Shown: positions 8,940 to 17,780, counted from the stretch's first letter. The stretch is 58,093 nt of DNA from Candidatus Angelobacter sp. (GCA_049688735.1 JBAVLE010000402.1:1-58093), one strand, 5' to 3'. The notes: generated from the sequence alone by a model not told the origin. Program-made: numbers and translations.

Positions 8940-9913
8940 TTTGCCGCCATCACCGCCCGCTTCGCATACACCTTTACAATCTCTCGGCGATATTCCGGCG
9001 TAAGCCCTGAAGTGGTCAGCGGCTTGGCCATTTTTGCCGCCAGCTCGCCGACAACCGTCGCAACATGCTCATCAATCTGTTTGCCAATCAGCGCATTTTC
9101 CGCGCCTTTTACCAGCAGCGGCGCAGGATTGACGGCGGTAATCGCCACGCGCGCATTCTCCACCGGCCCGCCATTCTTCTTAAGCGCTACTGCGACCCCG
9201 GCCAGCGGATAGTCAATCGATCCGCGAATGCGCAGCTTCATGTAGCTGCCTTTCCAGCCTGCCGATTCTTCTGGCAGAAAGATGCGCGTCAGCATTTCAT
9301 TGCGCTCCAGCTTCATGCGCGCATCGCCCACGTTGGTATAGAAATCCTTCAGCGCCACGCGCCGCAGCCCCGCAGGCCCGGCAATCTCCACTTCCGCCCC
9401 CAGGCAGAGCAGCGCCGGAGGTGTGTCGCCAGAGAATGCCGCCCAGCAAAACTTGCCGCCCGGAGCCACGTGGCACAGGTCGCCATCTTTCTTGATGCAG
9501 AACCCGCACGACCGCCGCCACTGCAATGACTGGTTGTACCAGACGCAGCGTGTATCCAGACAGATGTTACCGCCCAGCGTTCCCATGTTGCGCAAAATGG
9601 GCGAGGCCACCGTCATCGCCGCCTCATGCAGCACGCGATAGCTGCGCCGTATGAACTCCGAATCTTCTATCGCGGAAAGCGGCGTGAGCGCTCCAATCTC
9701 CACGCCTGCGCCCGGACGCACATGGATTCCATGGATCTCTTCAATCCCGCGGATGTCCATCACGTATCCCGGCGTAAACAGCTTCTGCTTCATCGACGGC
9801 AACAGGTCCGTGCCGCCGGCGAGAATGGCCAGCTCATTGCCGTGGCGAGCAAGGTAATCGACAGCTTGCCGCAACGTGAGCGGGCGCAAAAATTTGAATG
9901 AAGGTAAGCTCAT
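8933..9913 (-). CDS. molybdopterin dehydrogenase FAD-binding subunit, HcrB-like with Cys-rich insertion
   Basis: ILAGGTDLLPSMK FAD-binding fold of the CoxM/XdhB family, plus the insertion NICLDTRCVWYNQSLQWRRSCGFCIKKDGDLCHVAPGGKFCW. Confidence 0.8.
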   Translation of the reverse strand: MSLPSFKFLRPLTLRQAVDYLARHGNELAILAGGTDLLPSMKQKLFTPGYVMDIRGIEEIHGIHVRPGAGVEIGALTPLSAIEDSEFIRRSYRVLHEAAMTVASPILRNMGTLGGNICLDTRCVWYNQSLQWRRSCGFCIKKDGDLCHVAPGGKFCWAAFSGDTPPALLCLGAEVEIAGPAGLRRVALKDFYTNVGDARMKLERNEMLTRIFLPEESAGWKGSYMKLRIRGSIDYPLAGVAVALKKNGGPVENARVAITAVNPAPLLVKGAENALIGKQIDEHVATVVGELAAKMAKPLTTSGLTPEYRREIVKVYAKRAVMAANQ

Positions 9914-9920
9914 GCTCTGA

Positions 9921-10060
9921 TTTGGTAATTGGGTGAATTAGTAATTTGGTGATTCAAGCTCGGGCTGAGACGCCTGGCGTACATTGCGCAGGTTTTCATT
10001 TACCAAATTACCAAATTACTCATTTACCAAATTCCTCCGTGTCTCCGTGCTTCCGTGGTA
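9921..10060. repeat. D-family inverted array (9921-9958 / 9997-10031) plus B-type triple 9-mer (10033-10060)
   Basis: tttggtaattgggtgaattagtaatttggtgattcaag ... catttaccaaattaccaaattactcatttaccaaa, then tcctccgtgtctccgtgcttccgtggta. Confidence 0.6.
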
Positions 10061-10068
10061 GGTGTTGT

Positions 10069-12684
10069 TCATTGCTCGTGCTGAGAACTCCGCCTCGAAG
10101 GATCTTCCTCATGCCTCTTCGGCCCTTTGCCTTTGAACCATAATGACCCGCCGTGCTCGCGGAACGTCATCGGCGATGAAGGATCGCTGCCGCGAGTCAT
10201 CTCAAGCGCTTTCTTTTCCGCATTCTTCGCTTTGATTGCTGCCAGCACGCGCTCCGGCGTGAACGGCGCTTCGCGCAGCCGCACTCCGACTGCATCATAG
10301 ATCGCATTCGCAATCGCCGGAATCGTCGCAGCCAGCGAGCCTTCGCTCGCTTCCTTCGCGCCAAAGGGCCCTTCCGGATCCACCGACTCCACAATAATGC
10401 ATTCCACCTCTGGCGACTCCGTTGCCGAAGGCGACTTGTACTCCAGCATGCCCGGATTCATCAGCAAGCCGTCTTTCCAAACCATTTCTTCCTGCATCGC
10501 CTGCCCCAGCCCCATCCATACAGAGCCGATCACCTGGCCTTCCACGGAAACGGGATTCAGCGCGCGTCCGCAATCATGCGCGGCCCAGATTTTGTGGACT
10601 GTTACCTCGCCGGTCTCTTCATCGACGGTCACTTCTGCTACCTGCGCCGAGTACGAATATGCCGGTGACGGTCCCACGCCCGCACCTTTGAACGTCCCGC
10701 CGCGCGCGTCTTTGGGCGGCGCGTAAGATCCCGTGCCGGTAAGCGCTCCCGTGAAGTCGATGGCCGAGACCACCGCTTCCTCAAAGCTCATGCTGTCCTT
10801 GGGACCTTCTTCCTTGCGCTTCTGCTGCAATGATCCGCGTAGCGTCTGCCCTTCCACGCGTCCGCTCACTTCCTTCACGTTCCCGCGCGGCGTATCGATC
10901 TTCTCCAGAATTTGCTCCGCATGCGCGCCATTTGTTGACGGCTCCGCCGTTCCGCGCTTCCACACGCGGTCATCGCGCATCATCACGTCTTCCGCCGCGC
11001 AGTTCATCTTCACCGCCGCGGCGGCAGCTATCTTTTTTCTCACGTCCTGTGCTGATCGCAAGGATGCATTGCCATTCATGAAGGTCACGCGGCTGGAATA
11101 CGATCCAATATCGATTGGGGTCAGGTCGGTATCGGCGGCGATCACGCGGATGCGTCCCAGCCGGATGCCCAGCACTTCAGCTACAATCTGCGCCACCATC
11201 GTGTCGGATCCTTGCCCAATATCCGACGCGCCTGTATATACCACTACGCCGCCATCGCGATCAATCTTGATGTTCACCGTGGAATGCGGCATATCCGACC
11301 GGATAATGCTGTTGGCCGCGCCGCTCACGTAGTGACTGCAGGCCATGCCCATGCCGCGTGCCGGAGGCAGCTTGCTCCGTCGCTCATGCCAGCCAGAGCG
11401 CGAAATTACTTTGTCAATGCATTCCGGCAAACCGTAACTTTGCACTCGAAGATTATTCACCGTAATGCATGGCGGCTTCAGCAGATTAATGCGCCGAATC
11501 TCCGCCGGATCGATATCCAGCTTTGCCGCAACCTCATCCAACTCGCTTTCAAATGCAAACCTGACATTCACGGTTCCATGTCCACGCATCGCGCCGCACG
11601 CCGGTTTGTTCGTCAGCACGCGATAGCCGTCATATTTGATATTCGGAATGTCATACAGCGCGCCCAGCAGCGCGCCGGAATAAAGGATCGTGACCACGCC
11701 GTAAGAGCAATACGCGCCGCCATCCTGAATCACTTTTGCCGCGACGGCAGTCAGGTGACCGTCTCTCTTTGCGCCGATCTTCATATCAATAATCGTGCGC
11801 GGCCGCCCGCGATGCGCCCAGAAAACTTCTTCACGGGAGTAGGTAATCTTTACCGGAGCTTTGGCTTTACGTGCTGCTACTGCCGCAATAATCTCCAGCG
11901 GAATCACTTCACTCTTGCCGCCAAAGCCGCCGCCCACCAGCGGCTTGATCACACGGATCTGCTGCATCGGTAGCTCCAGCACAATAGAGAGTTTGTGCTG
12001 CAAATAATACGGCACCTGCGTTGACGACCATACCGTCAGCCGACCCGGCTGCCCTGTCTGTGAATCAATTTCAAATTGTGCCAGCGTGCAATGCGGCTCC
12101 ATTGCCGCGTGCGTCACTTCGCCCGCAATGTACCGATGCTCCATCACCACGTCAGCCTCGGCAAAGCCCTTGTCCGGATCGCCAAACACGTGGTGATAAT
12201 CTTTTTCAATATTGTTGGGCCGCTGCGGATGTATCCATTCCTTCTCCGCCTTCATCGAGTCTTCCGGATCAAACCACGCCGGCAACTGCTCATACTCAAC
12301 TTCAATCAGCTCCAGCGCGCGCTCCGCAATCGTTTCTGACGTTGCAACGACGCACGCCACGTTGTCGCCCACATAACGCACTTTTTCGACGGCCAGCGCC
12401 GTCTCGTCATGCCCCACCGGCAGAATGCCGTATTTATTCGGCGCGTCCGGACCGGTCACCACGCACACCACGCCGTCGACCGCTTCCGCCTTCGACGTAT
12501 CGATCTTCTTGATCCGCGCGTGCGGATATGGCGAATGCAGGATCTTGCCCGTCAGCATTCCTGGGACTGACAGATCGTCAGTATACTTGCCCTGGCCCGT
12601 CGTCTTGCCCGCTGCATCGACGAGAGCAACGCGTTTTCCGATGATGGAAAAATCCGTCATTTTGTCTGGAACCTGCTCACGCAT
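10069..12684 (-). CDS. xanthine dehydrogenase-family molybdopterin-binding large subunit, HcrA-like
   Basis: Ald_Xan_dh-type sequence (GGGFGGKSE, GAMRGHG, ASEGSLAATIPAIANAI). Lies between the 2Fe-2S and FAD subunits. The C-terminal ~40 codons read into repeat sequence. An alternative ATG is at 12660. Confidence 0.85.
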   Translation of the reverse strand: MREQVPDKMTDFSIIGKRVALVDAAGKTTGQGKYTDDLSVPGMLTGKILHSPYPHARIKKIDTSKAEAVDGVVCVVTGPDAPNKYGILPVGHDETALAVEKVRYVGDNVACVVATSETIAERALELIEVEYEQLPAWFDPEDSMKAEKEWIHPQRPNNIEKDYHHVFGDPDKGFAEADVVMEHRYIAGEVTHAAMEPHCTLAQFEIDSQTGQPGRLTVWSSTQVPYYLQHKLSIVLELPMQQIRVIKPLVGGGFGGKSEVIPLEIIAAVAARKAKAPVKITYSREEVFWAHRGRPRTIIDMKIGAKRDGHLTAVAAKVIQDGGAYCSYGVVTILYSGALLGALYDIPNIKYDGYRVLTNKPACGAMRGHGTVNVRFAFESELDEVAAKLDIDPAEIRRINLLKPPCITVNNLRVQSYGLPECIDKVISRSGWHERRSKLPPARGMGMACSHYVSGAANSIIRSDMPHSTVNIKIDRDGGVVVYTGASDIGQGSDTMVAQIVAEVLGIRLGRIRVIAADTDLTPIDIGSYSSRVTFMNGNASLRSAQDVRKKIAAAAAVKMNCAAEDVMMRDDRVWKRGTAEPSTNGAHAEQILEKIDTPRGNVKEVSGRVEGQTLRGSLQQKRKEEGPKDSMSFEEAVVSAIDFTGALTGTGSYAPPKDARGGTFKGAGVGPSPAYSYSAQVAEVTVDEETGEVTVHKIWAAHDCGRALNPVSVEGQVIGSVWMGLGQAMQEEMVWKDGLLMNPGMLEYKSPSATESPEVECIIVESVDPEGPFGAKEASEGSLAATIPAIANAIYDAVGVRLREAPFTPERVLAAIKAKNAEKKALEMTRGSDPSSPMTFREHGGSLWFKGKGPKRHEEDPSRRSSQHEQ

Positions 12685-12703
12685 TCGTTGCGCTGTTTTC
12701 TAA

Positions 12704-12978
12704 AATCCCGAACCTGCGGTTTTTGCAGTGAGGGATCACTATTCCCTTCCATGCTGCTGTATCTGAACCCCCCAATCCCGCGCAGTGGGCGAGGGATCTC
12801 TAGTTTCGTCCAAAGCTCTCAACGTCGCTTACTCACTCTTACCATCCCAAATATTCTTGTTGCCAAAGAGTTCCCTCCCCTTCGACAAGCTCAGGGTCGG
12901 GATTTCAGAAAAAGCTCCTTTGCGCCCTTCGCGTGCTTTGCGGTAAGTCCTGTTTTCCGATCACCAGATCACCCGATC
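12704..12978. repeat. composite intergenic repeat block: A-family (12704-12905, second left end at 12773), B-type (12915-12946), C-type (12953-12978)
   Basis: aatcccgaac...gtgagggatcac...ttccctccccttcgacaagctcagggtcgggattt; then ctcctttgcgcccttcgcgtgctttgcggtaa; then ttttccgatcaccagatcacccgatc. The block also contains the stop codon of the 2Fe-2S gene. Confidence 0.65.
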
Positions 12979-13469
12979 TTATGCGCCTGCTCTGCCACTA
13001 TCGCCGCCTTGATTGCCTGGTACATCTGGGTGTATCCGGTGCAGCGACACAAATTTCCGCTCAGCGCGTGCTTAATCTCTTCTTCGCTTGGCTCAGGATT
13101 GCGGTCCAACAACGCCTTTACCGTCACCATGAAACCCGGCGTGCAAAATCCGCACTGCGCCCCGCCCCAGTCGCCATAAGCTTTCTGGATAGCCGCCAGC
13201 GCGCCATGATCGGCAATGCCTTCGACCGTAGTGATATCTGGTCCTTCTTGCTCATCGGCAGCACAGCTCATGGCCAGCATGGTGCAGCTCAGGGTTGGTA
13301 CTCCATCCACCAGCACCGTACATGCTCCGCATGACGAGTCGTCGCACCCGCGCTTTGATCCGGTGAATTCCAGTTCCTGACGCAGCACATCCAGCAGCAG
13401 TTCGCTCGGATCAATGGCCAGCTCGTGCTTGCGGCCGTTCACGCGGAGTTCTATGAGTTCTTTGCGCAT
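12969..13469 (-). CDS. (2Fe-2S)-binding small subunit of the molybdoenzyme, HcrC-like
   Basis: CDDSSCGACTV and CGFCTPG / CRCTGY, the two [2Fe-2S] motifs of the CoxS/XdhC-type subunit. ATG at 13469; the track start at 13475 is TTG. Confidence 0.87.
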   Translation of the reverse strand: MRKELIELRVNGRKHELAIDPSELLLDVLRQELEFTGSKRGCDDSSCGACTVLVDGVPTLSCTMLAMSCAADEQEGPDITTVEGIADHGALAAIQKAYGDWGGAQCGFCTPGFMVTVKALLDRNPEPSEEEIKHALSGNLCRCTGYTQMYQAIKAAIVAEQAHKIG

Positions 13470-13658
13470 GAGCAATTAGCAACTAGCAATTGGCAATTAG
13501 CCAACGCAGAGTCTCGCAGCCCTACCTTCAAGGATAATCCTTTGCAGACCGACGGCGACCGGCTTCGGCTGTTTTCCCCACCATCTGGATTCGAACGGAC
13601 GTTCGTTAAACTTATCCAACAAGAATACAACCTTGTAATGGGATTATCCACCCTGGCT

Positions 13659-14132
13659 TCATTTCAGGTTTTCCGGCGTCTTCACTGACCCGACGCACAC
13701 GTCGCCTTCTTTAATGCCCGTCAACCATTCACGCAACTCTTTACTGCGCCGGCCGGTCAATTCCGCTCTATAGCTGGCATGGCACATCAAATAGACCGAA
13801 CCATAGATAGCGCTCTCATTCTCATCTTTTGCAGCGGCGTATTTCATCGCAATTTGCGCATCCCGATATTTTAACCATGTCCTTTGCGCTTCGCGCAGAC
13901 GTTGAATGAATACGGGCTGGTCTGCATATTTCTTCAGAATCAACTGATATACCCGATTGAGCTCACGATCGGCGCCCGCAGCATCTGCTCCGCCACATTC
14001 GTTTAATTCAGATTGAGTTTTCGCCTTGTCGTAGCAACTTTTTGACGTTGTCGACGGCTGCGCCATCGCGCCCAACGTCATCAGGCTAAGTGAGACAAAC
14101 AATGCCAGCGTTTTGATCCATCTGTGATTCAT
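13659..14132 (-). CDS. LprI-family (DUF1311) secreted protein
   Basis: Signal peptide, then SELNECGGADAAGADRELNRVYQLIL and AQRTWLKYRDAQ, the characteristic DUF1311 pattern. Confidence 0.75.
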   Translation of the reverse strand: MNHRWIKTLALFVSLSLMTLGAMAQPSTTSKSCYDKAKTQSELNECGGADAAGADRELNRVYQLILKKYADQPVFIQRLREAQRTWLKYRDAQIAMKYAAAKDENESAIYGSVYLMCHASYRAELTGRRSKELREWLTGIKEGDVCVGSVKTPENLK

Positions 14133-14168
14133 ACATTACCTGTCGACGAAAAAATCCCGCCCGTTTGC

Positions 14169-15098
14169 TCAATATCCATAGTCAGTTCGCGCCGCATACG
14201 CATGCTGCTTCACGCCCAGATCTTCCACTCTCGCCGTTCCTAGCTGCTTCGCATACTCGCTGCGATCAGCCACTCCATTCACCCATTTCTGTGCCCACGC
14301 GTTGAAGTCGCCCTGTGTTTTGGTTTCCGCATGATATTGCTGAAAGAACGCGTCGTCTCTCTTGTTATATCCCTGCACGGGTGAAGGATGCGCGCCAAGC
14401 GGGCACTCCACCACCGCCGTCACCAGAAAGCCTGGGATCACCGTCCGGTTCGGATCGCTGGCAATCACGTCTTCAGCCACGATCTCTTCCGCGCAGACAA
14501 TCACCTTTTTTGCCGCGCGGACGCCTTCCAGCATCACACCAAAATTTCCCCAGCAATGCGCGTTACCGTGTTTGTCGGCGCGTTGCAGGTGGACAATCGC
14601 TACATCCGGCACTAGCGCGCGCACCGCCAGCAGAGTCTCTTTGGGCTCAAAAGGAGAAATGATCTGATAAAAAAAATGATTGCCCTTCGGCACGTCGCTT
14701 CCCATGGCGGTCCGCGTCGGCAGAAACGGCACACCCATCCCCCCGGCCTGCAGCGCCAGCGCCAGCGTGAAGTTCGTCATATTGCAGACGCGCAGCTGGG
14801 TGCCAGGCTTGCCAGGATTCTCTACCTCAGTGGCGTGGCGGAAGTTATACGCCGATCCCATCATTACATTTCCCACCCAGGCCGCTACTACATCTTCAAC
14901 GCAGCCAGCGCCAATCATCTGGTCAAACAGAATGTCGGAGATTGGCCCAATCAGCCGCAGCCCGCGCTTCTTCTGCCGCATGATCTCGTGTCCGGCAGCA
15001 AACGGAATCATCTGTTCCAGCTGCAGGCCCAACGCCACGCTCGTGCCGTCCAGAACGTGCTCTGCAATCGCCTGCCGCATTGTCATCACTTTGGACAT
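14169..15098 (-). CDS. CoA-transferase subunit A (glutaconate CoA-transferase-like)
   Basis: MSKVMTMRQAIAEHVLDGTSVALG and the ~309 aa size fit GctA/AtoD-type alpha subunits. The track N-extension (15099-15197) is repeat-derived and is trimmed. Confidence 0.8.
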   Translation of the reverse strand: MSKVMTMRQAIAEHVLDGTSVALGLQLEQMIPFAAGHEIMRQKKRGLRLIGPISDILFDQMIGAGCVEDVVAAWVGNVMMGSAYNFRHATEVENPGKPGTQLRVCNMTNFTLALALQAGGMGVPFLPTRTAMGSDVPKGNHFFYQIISPFEPKETLLAVRALVPDVAIVHLQRADKHGNAHCWGNFGVMLEGVRAAKKVIVCAEEIVAEDVIASDPNRTVIPGFLVTAVVECPLGAHPSPVQGYNKRDDAFFQQYHAETKTQGDFNAWAQKWVNGVADRSEYAKQLGTARVEDLGVKQHAYAARTDYGY

Positions 15099-15107
15099 AT
15101 TTACGAA

Positions 15108-15145
15108 GTCCCGAAAGCGCGGTTTTGGCCGTGAGGGATCCCTAC
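15108..15145. repeat. A-family half element (left end only)
   Basis: gtcccgaaagcgcggttttggccgtgagggatccctac, 9 nt upstream of the CoA-transferase A start codon. Confidence 0.5.
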
Positions 15146-15292
15146 CCTTACCAGTATCCTCAACCCCTCGTACCCACTCCTGCTTCCATCCTAACAATTA
15201 TTGACTCTTGACGATTATCAACATTTAACTACGCTTTTCTTACTTTTCTTATTGCCTGGCCATTGGCGAAATGAGAGTACAATCCACTCACC

Positions 15293-15898
15293 ATGAAGCC
15301 TATAGCTCAACTTATCATTCTCGTTCTGGGCAGCTTTGCAGCGGTGTTCGCCCAAACGGCCGCAAGCCAGCCTGAGTCGCTGGGTGACGCCGCGCGTGCT
15401 CTCAAAAGTGAAAATAAAAGCAAGCCAGCTGCCGCCACATTTTCCAACGAGTCTGAGTTGCTGCGCAAGCCTCTCATACCGGACGTGACCGCAATCGGAC
15501 GCGATAATATCGATGCAATCGTGAAAAGTATCGATGATTACCGCAGCTCACATAATTTGCAGGAAACCGAAGCGGCCGTCCACGACTGGTACAGCCGTCA
15601 AGTTTCCCTGCTCACAAACGCCATCCAGGAAAACCACCGTATTGAGGGGCGTGACCATCAAGAAGCCCGGGTAGGCAGCACCAGCGACGTGCGACCGAAT
15701 AACCATGATGAATATGTAAACTTGCGGCATATCGAGCGGGATTCCCGCAAAGCAGAACAGCGGCAGATTAAACTAAACCAGCGTCTTGTAATCCGTATCC
15801 AGCAGGACTTCACACATATCCGGCCACAAATGTTGGATAAATATGGCATGAAGATCGACTGGTTTACCATTTGTGAAAATGCCGGCTGCACCTACTGA
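15293..15898 (+). CDS. secreted hypothetical protein
   Basis: Clear signal peptide MKPIAQLIILVLGSFAAVFAQ. The only plus-strand gene inside the minus-strand island. No recognisable family. Confidence 0.6.
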   Translation: MKPIAQLIILVLGSFAAVFAQTAASQPESLGDAARALKSENKSKPAAATFSNESELLRKPLIPDVTAIGRDNIDAIVKSIDDYRSSHNLQETEAAVHDWYSRQVSLLTNAIQENHRIEGRDHQEARVGSTSDVRPNNHDEYVNLRHIERDSRKAEQRQIKLNQRLVIRIQQDFTHIRPQMLDKYGMKIDWFTICENAGCTY

Positions 15899-16050
15899 AA
15901 GCCGCACCCAAGCTATCATTTTCCTGGACTCACATTCCTGTCGGCCTTGCAGGTGAATGGGACCAGTATTAGCCTTTCGTCGATTCGCGCGCGTTCGCTT
16001 TAATTGCCGGCTGATTTTTTTTCGCTCTTCTGCGAAAATCTGCGGGGAAA

Positions 16051-16845
16051 CTACTTTCCTTTCCACATCGGCTTCCGCTTCTCCATCCAAGCCGTAATTC
16101 CCTCTTTCACGTCTTCTGTCCGCATCAGTTCTTCCAGATAAATCTTTTCTGCCCTCGCCATGCCTTTGTCCAGATGCATGGAATCCCACGCATAAAATGC
16201 CTTTTTGGCCACAGCCAGTGCCGCCGGGCTCAGCTTCAGCAGATGATCGACCGTCCGCTGGACCGCCTGCTGCAACCCGCCTTCAGGATGCGACTCATTC
16301 GCCAGCCCCCATGCGGCTGCTTCTTCGCCGCTGAAAATCCGACCGGTAAATACTAAGTCCGCCGCGCGCTTCTGCCCCACCAGTGCGGCCAGCGCCGTGC
16401 ACGCAACGGGCGGATAGCATCCCAGCGTGATCTCGGGAAATCCCCATTTCGCGTCCGGCGCGGTAAAGCACATGTCGCACACCATGGCCAGCTCCGCGCC
16501 GCCGCCCAGGCAGACGCCACGCACTTCGGCAATCGTGATCTTGGAAAACCTGGTCAGCGCAAGAATCACGCTATGAAATTTCTGCAGCATGGTCTGCACC
16601 AGGTCAGGTGTGTGTACCGCAACATCGACCCCGGCTGAGAATGCTCGCGGCTCGCCAGTGAAGATCACGACAGAGACTTCACTACGTTGCTCCAACTCCC
16701 GCAGCGCTGCCAGGATCTCGTCCATCATCTGGAAATCGATCACGTTTAATGGCGGATGGGTAAACATTATGCGAGCAAGCTGGCCCTGGATTTCAAAGCT
16801 GAGACGCTTCGTAATTTGCGATGGTAAGTTCATCTCTTTCTTCAA
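16051..16845 (-). CDS. enoyl-CoA hydratase/isomerase (crotonase) family protein
   Basis: FSAGVDV ... GVCLGGGAELAMVCD ... FPEITLG, the crotonase oxyanion-hole motifs. The track start is TTG at 16845. ATG at 16833 is more likely. Confidence 0.85.
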   Translation of the reverse strand: MKKEMNLPSQITKRLSFEIQGQLARIMFTHPPLNVIDFQMMDEILAALRELEQRSEVSVVIFTGEPRAFSAGVDVAVHTPDLVQTMLQKFHSVILALTRFSKITIAEVRGVCLGGGAELAMVCDMCFTAPDAKWGFPEITLGCYPPVACTALAALVGQKRAADLVFTGRIFSGEEAAAWGLANESHPEGGLQQAVQRTVDHLLKLSPAALAVAKKAFYAWDSMHLDKGMARAEKIYLEELMRTEDVKEGITAWMEKRKPMWKGK

Positions 16846-16987
16846 TCCCGAACCCGCCGCTTTTCAATTTCGGCAATTTCGGCGATTTTGGCAATTTTGG
16901 CAATTTTGGCAGTTCTGGAAATTCTCCGTGCCTCCGCGTCTCCGGCGGTGAGCTTTTGATTTTCCGATCACCGGATCACCCGATTCC
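16844..16987. repeat. intergenic region built entirely of repeat modules: A-end, 9-bp tandem array, B-type, C-type
   Basis: aatcccgaacccgccgc (16844-16860); 6-7 tandem CAATTT(T/C)GG units (16866-16919); ttctccgtgcctccgcgtctccggcggtga (16922-16951); tttccgatcaccggatcacccgattcc (16961-16987). Confidence 0.7.
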
Positions 16988-16988
16988 T

Positions 16989-17741
16989 CTAGCTGGTCCA
17001 AAATCCTTTGGTATCGTACTCCCTGATCGCCTTCAACTCCGCCGCGTTTGGTTCCGGCGTCGGCTTCGCATCATCCGCAACTTTCAGCTTCCATCCAGTA
17101 TTGGCCAGCACATCATCAACACTCACGCCCGGATGATAAGTAGAAAGAAATGCTTCGGCGTTATCGTCAAAGCGCAGCACACATTTGCTGGTAATCACCG
17201 CCGAGGGACCCCCGCGTGGAAGTCCTACGCGCTTGCGCCATCCCGCACCATTACCGTTTCCGGGGCTGGTAATGTAATTCACTTTTTCCGGCAGGCGATG
17301 CTTCCCATGCTCCAGCAATGACACAAACCGCTGCGCCATTGACGCAATATCGCACGCACCGCCCGATCCCGGCAGCCGCACCATGCCGTTCTTTCCCTGA
17401 ACCTGCGTCGAATTCAGGTTGCCGTAGCGGTCCACCTCGGCCGCCCCCAGAAATCCCAGATTGACTCGCCCCGATTGCAGCAGGCTCATCACCTCCAGCA
17501 TGCCCAGGCATTGCGTTGCGCCTTTGATGTTTGGCGGATCGGCCATGGTATAGATCAACTCCGGCGATGGAGTGGAGCGGATCACGCCGTTCTCGAATAG
17601 CCCGATGGCGTTCGGCGCATGCGTCTTCTTCGCTACCACAAACGCAATCAGCGGCAGCCGCATCCCGACAAAGACGACCTCGCCGTCTTTGATCTCGCGC
17701 GCCGCCGCTACCACCATGAGTTCGTTGAGTGTGTATTGCAT
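16989..17741 (-). CDS. CoA-transferase subunit B (glutaconate CoA-transferase-like)
   Basis: MQYTLNELMVVAAAREIKDGEVVFVG and GSGGACD fit GctB/AtoA-type beta subunits, about 250 aa. Confidence 0.8.
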   Translation of the reverse strand: MQYTLNELMVVAAAREIKDGEVVFVGMRLPLIAFVVAKKTHAPNAIGLFENGVIRSTPSPELIYTMADPPNIKGATQCLGMLEVMSLLQSGRVNLGFLGAAEVDRYGNLNSTQVQGKNGMVRLPGSGGACDIASMAQRFVSLLEHGKHRLPEKVNYITSPGNGNGAGWRKRVGLPRGGPSAVITSKCVLRFDDNAEAFLSTYHPGVSVDDVLANTGWKLKVADDAKPTPEPNAAELKAIREYDTKGFWTS

Positions 17742-17749
17742 TTATGTGT

Positions 17750-17780
17750 AATCCCGAGCGCCAGCGAGGGAACCCTATAG
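17750..17780. repeat. A-family half element (left end only)
   Basis: aatcccgagcgccagcgagggaaccctatag, 8 nt upstream of the CoA-transferase B start. Confidence 0.5.

Noticed and set aside
13570-13605. tRNA-like GTTCGAATCC (T-loop-like) motif on the minus strand.
   Set aside because: The flanking bases do not form a T-stem, acceptor stem or anticodon arm. The local structure is just a CGAAC-GGAC-GTTCG hairpin.
15773-16189. 138-aa minus-strand ORF spanning the end of the secreted-protein gene and the end of the crotonase gene.
   Set aside because: It overlaps two better-supported genes, and its peptide is Arg/Gly/Glu-rich without motifs.
16866-16919. Tandem 9-bp repeats as a possible CRISPR array.
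   Set aside because: The units are contiguous 9-mers without spacers, far shorter than CRISPR repeats, and no cas genes are present.
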